Of a DNA stretch of 64,000 bases, positions 59,580 to 64,000 are shown in pieces. Position numbers and translations under genes: made by a program. How positions within the stretch are numbered: the stretch's first letter is position 1; each line of letters begins with the position of its first letter. The stretch comes from Chara braunii (lineage: Eukaryota; Plantae; Charophyceae), in NCBI GenBank assembly GCA_003427395.1, contig BFEA01000028.1:3291188-3355187 (forward strand), given 5' to 3'. The notes beneath the pieces are model-generated. The model was not told the DNA's origin. It worked only from the letters and a program-made list of their open reading frames with translations, and made no database searches.

Positions 59580-62551
59580 TGTAACGATCTGAAAAGGGCA
59601 TCAGGGAGTTGACTTCAACAGTTTGACTTCACATTTGATCAAGCTGCTGCAGTTTGGCCATCATTGCGAGGCCCTCAAGCGATTGAAGATAATAAGGCCC
59701 TCTCTCGGGAGTCTGAGGGCACCCTCCTTGGATCTGAGAGTCTCAAAACCTTCCTCTATCTGCCCTTCTCACTCTAAGTCTAGTCTGTTGGTTACGAAAT
59801 GGAGGGCGGAAGGCGGGATTGCAACCCGTAGGACCACAACAAGACGCTGTGGGGAGTCAGCCCACCGATTGCGGGAGCTCTGCCGGAACCTAGGCGAGGT
59901 TCTGGAGGCAGGGAACCATCAAGTAAACTATCTCTATCTGTATAACCCACTACACCCATGTTTGGTTATCCCCCTATAGTTTGATTGGCGTATGCATGCC
60001 TGTCCCTATGATTTTTGTTTTCTCTTCATGACATAACCAGACTAAGTAAAGGAATGCATGTACAATGTCAGTTTCAGTTTCATTGTCTGACTGAAAGCAG
60101 ATTGTGGGATTGCATCTGGGGGAAAGGTGGGAGGAAGGCAGTATTGCATGTTTGACCGGGTCAACCAAAGGCTGGGCCAGTTCCATAAGTTTGGGAAGGC
60201 CTAGTGGTGTGTTTATCTTTGGATTGCGTGGAGAGTCAGTCAAATCCATAAGTTTGGGTAGTCTGGCTGCTCTGACTTGTGAGTGTTGCTTGCGGTTGAT
60301 TTTTCAGGAGCCAGTCAAATCCATAAGTTTGGGTAGTCTGGCGACCTTGTTTACTTTGGTTTTCTGTGAGTTTCTTTTTGCTTTGGCTTTAAGATAAATG
60401 AACCTGGCTGAGGGCCAAGACATGTTCCATAAGTTTGGGTGGTCTTGGTCCAACGCCTCGCACATGCTGGAACCAAAAGGTTATAACTTGGGTATACTTT
60501 ACTATTATTTTATCTATGAACAAGCTAGTCAGACAGGGTTCCATAAGTTTGGGTGGTCTGACTATAGCTTATCACCAGTTGAAGAGAGTACTAATTAAGA
60601 ATAAACTTGTGGTACGAAGGGCAGACTGAGTCTTGAGCTGAAGATGATCGGCTCAGTTATATGCTACCTCAAAAGACTAAGTGAAGATAATTATAAAAAA
60701 ATTGGATATTTAAACAGTACAGTGCGGCTAGGGTGGCCTAGTCACATGCCCAAAGAAGAGAAAAGTTGTTGTGCCCTGTGTTTATGTATACTTCATGGCT
60801 GAGCTAGACATGTTCCATAAGTTTGGGTGGTCTAGCTTTATGCCCTATGTAAGCTGGGTACAAGGGGATAAATCATTGAAAGACTATGAACCAGTGTCTG
60901 CTAAGTTGACTTGGGGATGGTGAGAGTACTTACCTTTGTGGTTTAGCCTGCATGTGACTGAGTGAGGCTACTACTTAGTCTGAGTTTCAGTTTGATAGTT
61001 AGTTGCTTTAGTTGCTCGCCACGTGCTAGAGCCACAGGAGTTAGTTTCAATTCCGGCATTTTCTGAGTTAAGTTTATTTTACTTAGATCAATTTCTGAAT
61101 TTTCTTGGATCTTTTATTTTACTTGGTCTTGTATAGATCTTGGTAAGCTACTTTCTTTACGGGAAGTGATGCCGAAATTTCTACAAAACCAAGGAGTTAG
61201 TCAGATTTTGTCTTTTTCAGGATCAAGTTTTTCTGACCTTTTGACTTAGTAAAAATTTGGAACACCTCCTTTTCTAAAGGGAGTGCTGCCCAAACTTTTG
61301 CTAATTCAGGGAGTTAGACAAAATTAGACCTTGAAAAGTCAAAGTCACTTTTAATTCTGAACTTAGCTTTGTATAAATCTTGGAATAACACTTTCTCTAC
61401 GGGAAGCGCTGCCGAAATTTCTACAAATCTAAGGAGTTAGTTAAATTTTGTCTTAGTTGAACTCATATTTTATGTTTGAGTTCATACCTGACTTAGTATA
61501 AATCTGGAAAGCCTCCTTTTCTAAAGGGAGTGCTGTCCAAATTCTTGCTAGTTCAGGGAGTTGGACAAAATTTGACTTTGGAAAGTCAAAGACTATTTCT
61601 GGTTTCATATTCGGGCTGATATAAATTTTGAAAAAGCACCTTTCCTACGGGAAGCGCTGCCGAAATTTCCTTAGTTTAAAGAAGATAGAATATATTTTTA
61701 TAGAATATATTTTGACAGGTGACGATTCTGGCGATCCACTCTGTATAGAGGAGATTATGCCAGAGGCCTACCTTTTCTTTGACACTTGCTTAGAGGCATA
61801 CTTAGACTTAGTTAAATAGGATAGTTTGAGTGAGATCGTGATATGGGGATTATTATCCATGGACTTGTAGATTTAGCTTGGGGATTGACCTGTCTTGTGT
61901 TACATGTCTTCTTGATCGATTGATTCAGGATTTGGGCTAGATTCAACTTGATCCTACAAGGATCATCTTCTGTTATCACTGATAACAGGTCGGTTGCCGA
62001 TTCGTCGGTTTATGATTCAACTCCAATCCACTCTTGCCACTCAACCTAAAGGCTTTCGCTCTGTGGTTTGAAATGTTTCATTGTGTTTTTAATCGGACTT
62101 TATTGAATGGTCATTTAACAAAGATACTGAGTATTTTATTGCTGGGAGGGTGCGCTAAGGTTGAGGTTTGTATGGCTAAAGCAAGGGGTATGAGGGCAGA
62201 GAATGGTTGAAGTTGACCCCGTGTAGCGCGTGAACTTTTGTTGGATCTTTGATGTGATTGCAGGTATGTTTGTGGTTCGGACTTTGGATATGGCTGCCTG
62301 TGATCACATATATATGGATGAGAGGAGTCCCACTGTGACTGTGAGAACTGATCGTCATATATTAATGATCCTTATTTATATATATATGTCCTCTTCTCTC
62401 TCTCTGCCTACGGTTTTACCGGGCAGTTCTGTTTGTGACGATTTGTGACGATATACATATATATATATATATATATATATCGTCAAGTTGAACTGCCCGG
62501 TAAACCGTAGGCAGAGAGGGAGAAGAGGACAACAAACGAGGGGCTGTGACA
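59580..62551 (+). mobile_element. Probable 3' LTR (~3 kb) of a plus-strand LTR element
   Basis: PPT-like GAAGGGGGGTCAT immediately precedes TGTAACG. The putative end is GGGGCTGTGACA; the right boundary is uncertain. Confidence 0.55.
61135..61685. repeat. Higher-order repeat of alternating ~120-130-bp A/B units
   Basis: A (TACGGGAAG..TGCCGAAATTTC) at ~61158, 61398 and 61646; B (CCTCCTTTTCTAAAGGGAGTGCTG) at ~61265 and 61512. Confidence 0.88.
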
Positions 62552-63285
62552 AACTGTTTCGTCGGAGTTTCACCGACTCATCAGGAGGCTGAATATATAT
62601 CGTCAAATAGAACTGTCCGGTAAACCGTAGGCAGAGAGGGAGAAGAGGACAACAAACGAGGGGCTGTGATATATATATATATACATTTATGGCTTGAATA
62701 TTTGCACGATCTATTGTGGACGTTGTCGGGACTGGTGGGTCCCGAATAACTTCCCAACACTCGAGAGATTGAATACGGACAGTTTGTGCACAACAAAGAA
62801 ATCTGGAGTGAGGAAGCAGGAGAGAGAAAAGACGAAGGATTAGGCCGCAGAAGGGAGTGATGCCCTGAGGAGAGAACCACAGGAGGAAAGAACTAGCGGC
62901 GGCAAGCAAGCGAGCGCAAGAACAGGGGCACATAGAACATAGCAGGAGGCCATGAGGGTCATGGGAATGCAATAAGACTAAGGCCAAAGGGCCCTTTGAA
63001 CTAGCAATTGCAGCGCGACAACAATAAGGGAATGAGGAAGTCGAGGGATGGGCGGCCAGAAGCCGCGGGAAGCCAGGAAATGAGGGGCCAACATGGGGGC
63101 CACCTATGGGAGCCTCGGAGCGGAGGCCCACGACCAAAGAGATCGGCACGCACAAAGCGCGAGGAAAGACTAAGAAGAGGGGTTGCTATGGGGCGACAAG
63201 ACGCCCAAGGGGCATGCGACACCTCGGGGAAAGGCACCCGGGGCCACGTGGGACGAAGTAAAAATAATGGCGTCCAGGGCAAAAT

Positions 63286-63373
63286 GTGTCGGGGACCGCC
63301 GACGGGACTAAGTGTCGGGGACCACCGACGGGACTAAGTGTCGGGGACCACCGACGGGACAAGTGGCGGGGAC
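63286..63373. repeat. 26-bp tandem repeat, 3.5 copies
   Basis: GTGTCGGGGACCACCGACGGGACTAA; each unit contains a GTCGG/CCGAC stem. Confidence 0.9.
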
Positions 63374-64000
63374 ATGTGAAAGTCCCAAGAAGAAACGGCG
63401 GCACCGCATGAGGGGAAAATAATAAATGCAAGGTGCACCGTTAAGATCGACATCTTGACGGCCAAGAATATTAGCACCACTGATGCAAGTACTAGTGGTG
63501 ACGAACGGGAAGGCCAAAAGGAAAAGGAAAAGTAAAGAGAACTGAAGTGGGAGGCATGGGAGCAATCCGAAAAATCTCGGATTAGCCTCCCTCAAAAAAA
63601 TAGAGTCAAATGAGACCCCATGTGAAAAATAGCCCTCCGGGAGAAAATCGGAGTAGGAGGGACCATTGTGGGAGAAATGCAGGAGTAAAAGGAGGCTCCC
63701 ATGGGCATGGGAAGGCCATTATTGCAGTCCGAGAAATAACGGACTGCACCTTGGGCATAGGGAGGGCCAAAACTAAGAGGAAGAGGCTAGAAAAGGGCCT
63801 TAACGACCACTTGACACTTTGCATGCTAGAAAAAAGAGAGAAAAGAAAAGAAAATGTAGGAGAATAAGACAAAAAGAGTGAGAGGGAGTGAGTGGGTTGG
63901 CCGTCAGTAGGGACTGTCATAGGTAGGGACTGGCAGGTCCCTACTGTCCAAGAAAGGAGGAGAAAAAGAAAAGAAAAGTAAAGAAAAGAAAAGAAAAAAA

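Noticed and set aside
60181-60835. CRISPR array
   Set aside because: The repeat is short, spacer lengths are very unequal and partly homologous, and there are no cas genes.
58157-64000. rDNA unit
   Set aside because: 18S similarity ends after ~100 bp, with no further 18S, 5.8S or 28S sequence.

Overview
This is eukaryotic, transposon-dominated DNA from a draft assembly with N gaps and long microsatellites. The green-plant-type U6, TTTAGGG-like repeats and Ty3/gypsy and L1 styles suggest a streptophyte alga such as Chara (inference only). No intact host gene is evident. From left to right: (1) a solo LTR (515-1923). (2) A same-strand nest of L1/Tx1-like LINEs (2213-~19850), including a full-length 10.85-kb element (5868-16717) inserted with a perfect 16-bp TSD into ORF2 of an older LINE. 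(3) A Cys-rich candidate exon and decayed coding-like segments (20.3-29.5 kb). (4) A minus-strand chromodomain Ty3/gypsy remnant (29567-~35050) abutting a 66-bp satellite that contains a MITE. (5) A second LINE-leader-like fragment, a solo LTR of a second family, a tRNA-derived SINE-like head and a U6 retrocopy. (6) A plus-strand Ty3/gypsy (45420-53217) interrupted by further LTR-element ends, one carrying a captured 18S rRNA 5' end. The best candidate for an undescribed system is the LINE family. Its very long ORF1 ends in a Nudix-fold-like domain, it has a 2.5-kb structured leader with E2F-type sites and repeated hairpins, and its covarying multi-hairpin 3' tail is shared by six divergent copies.
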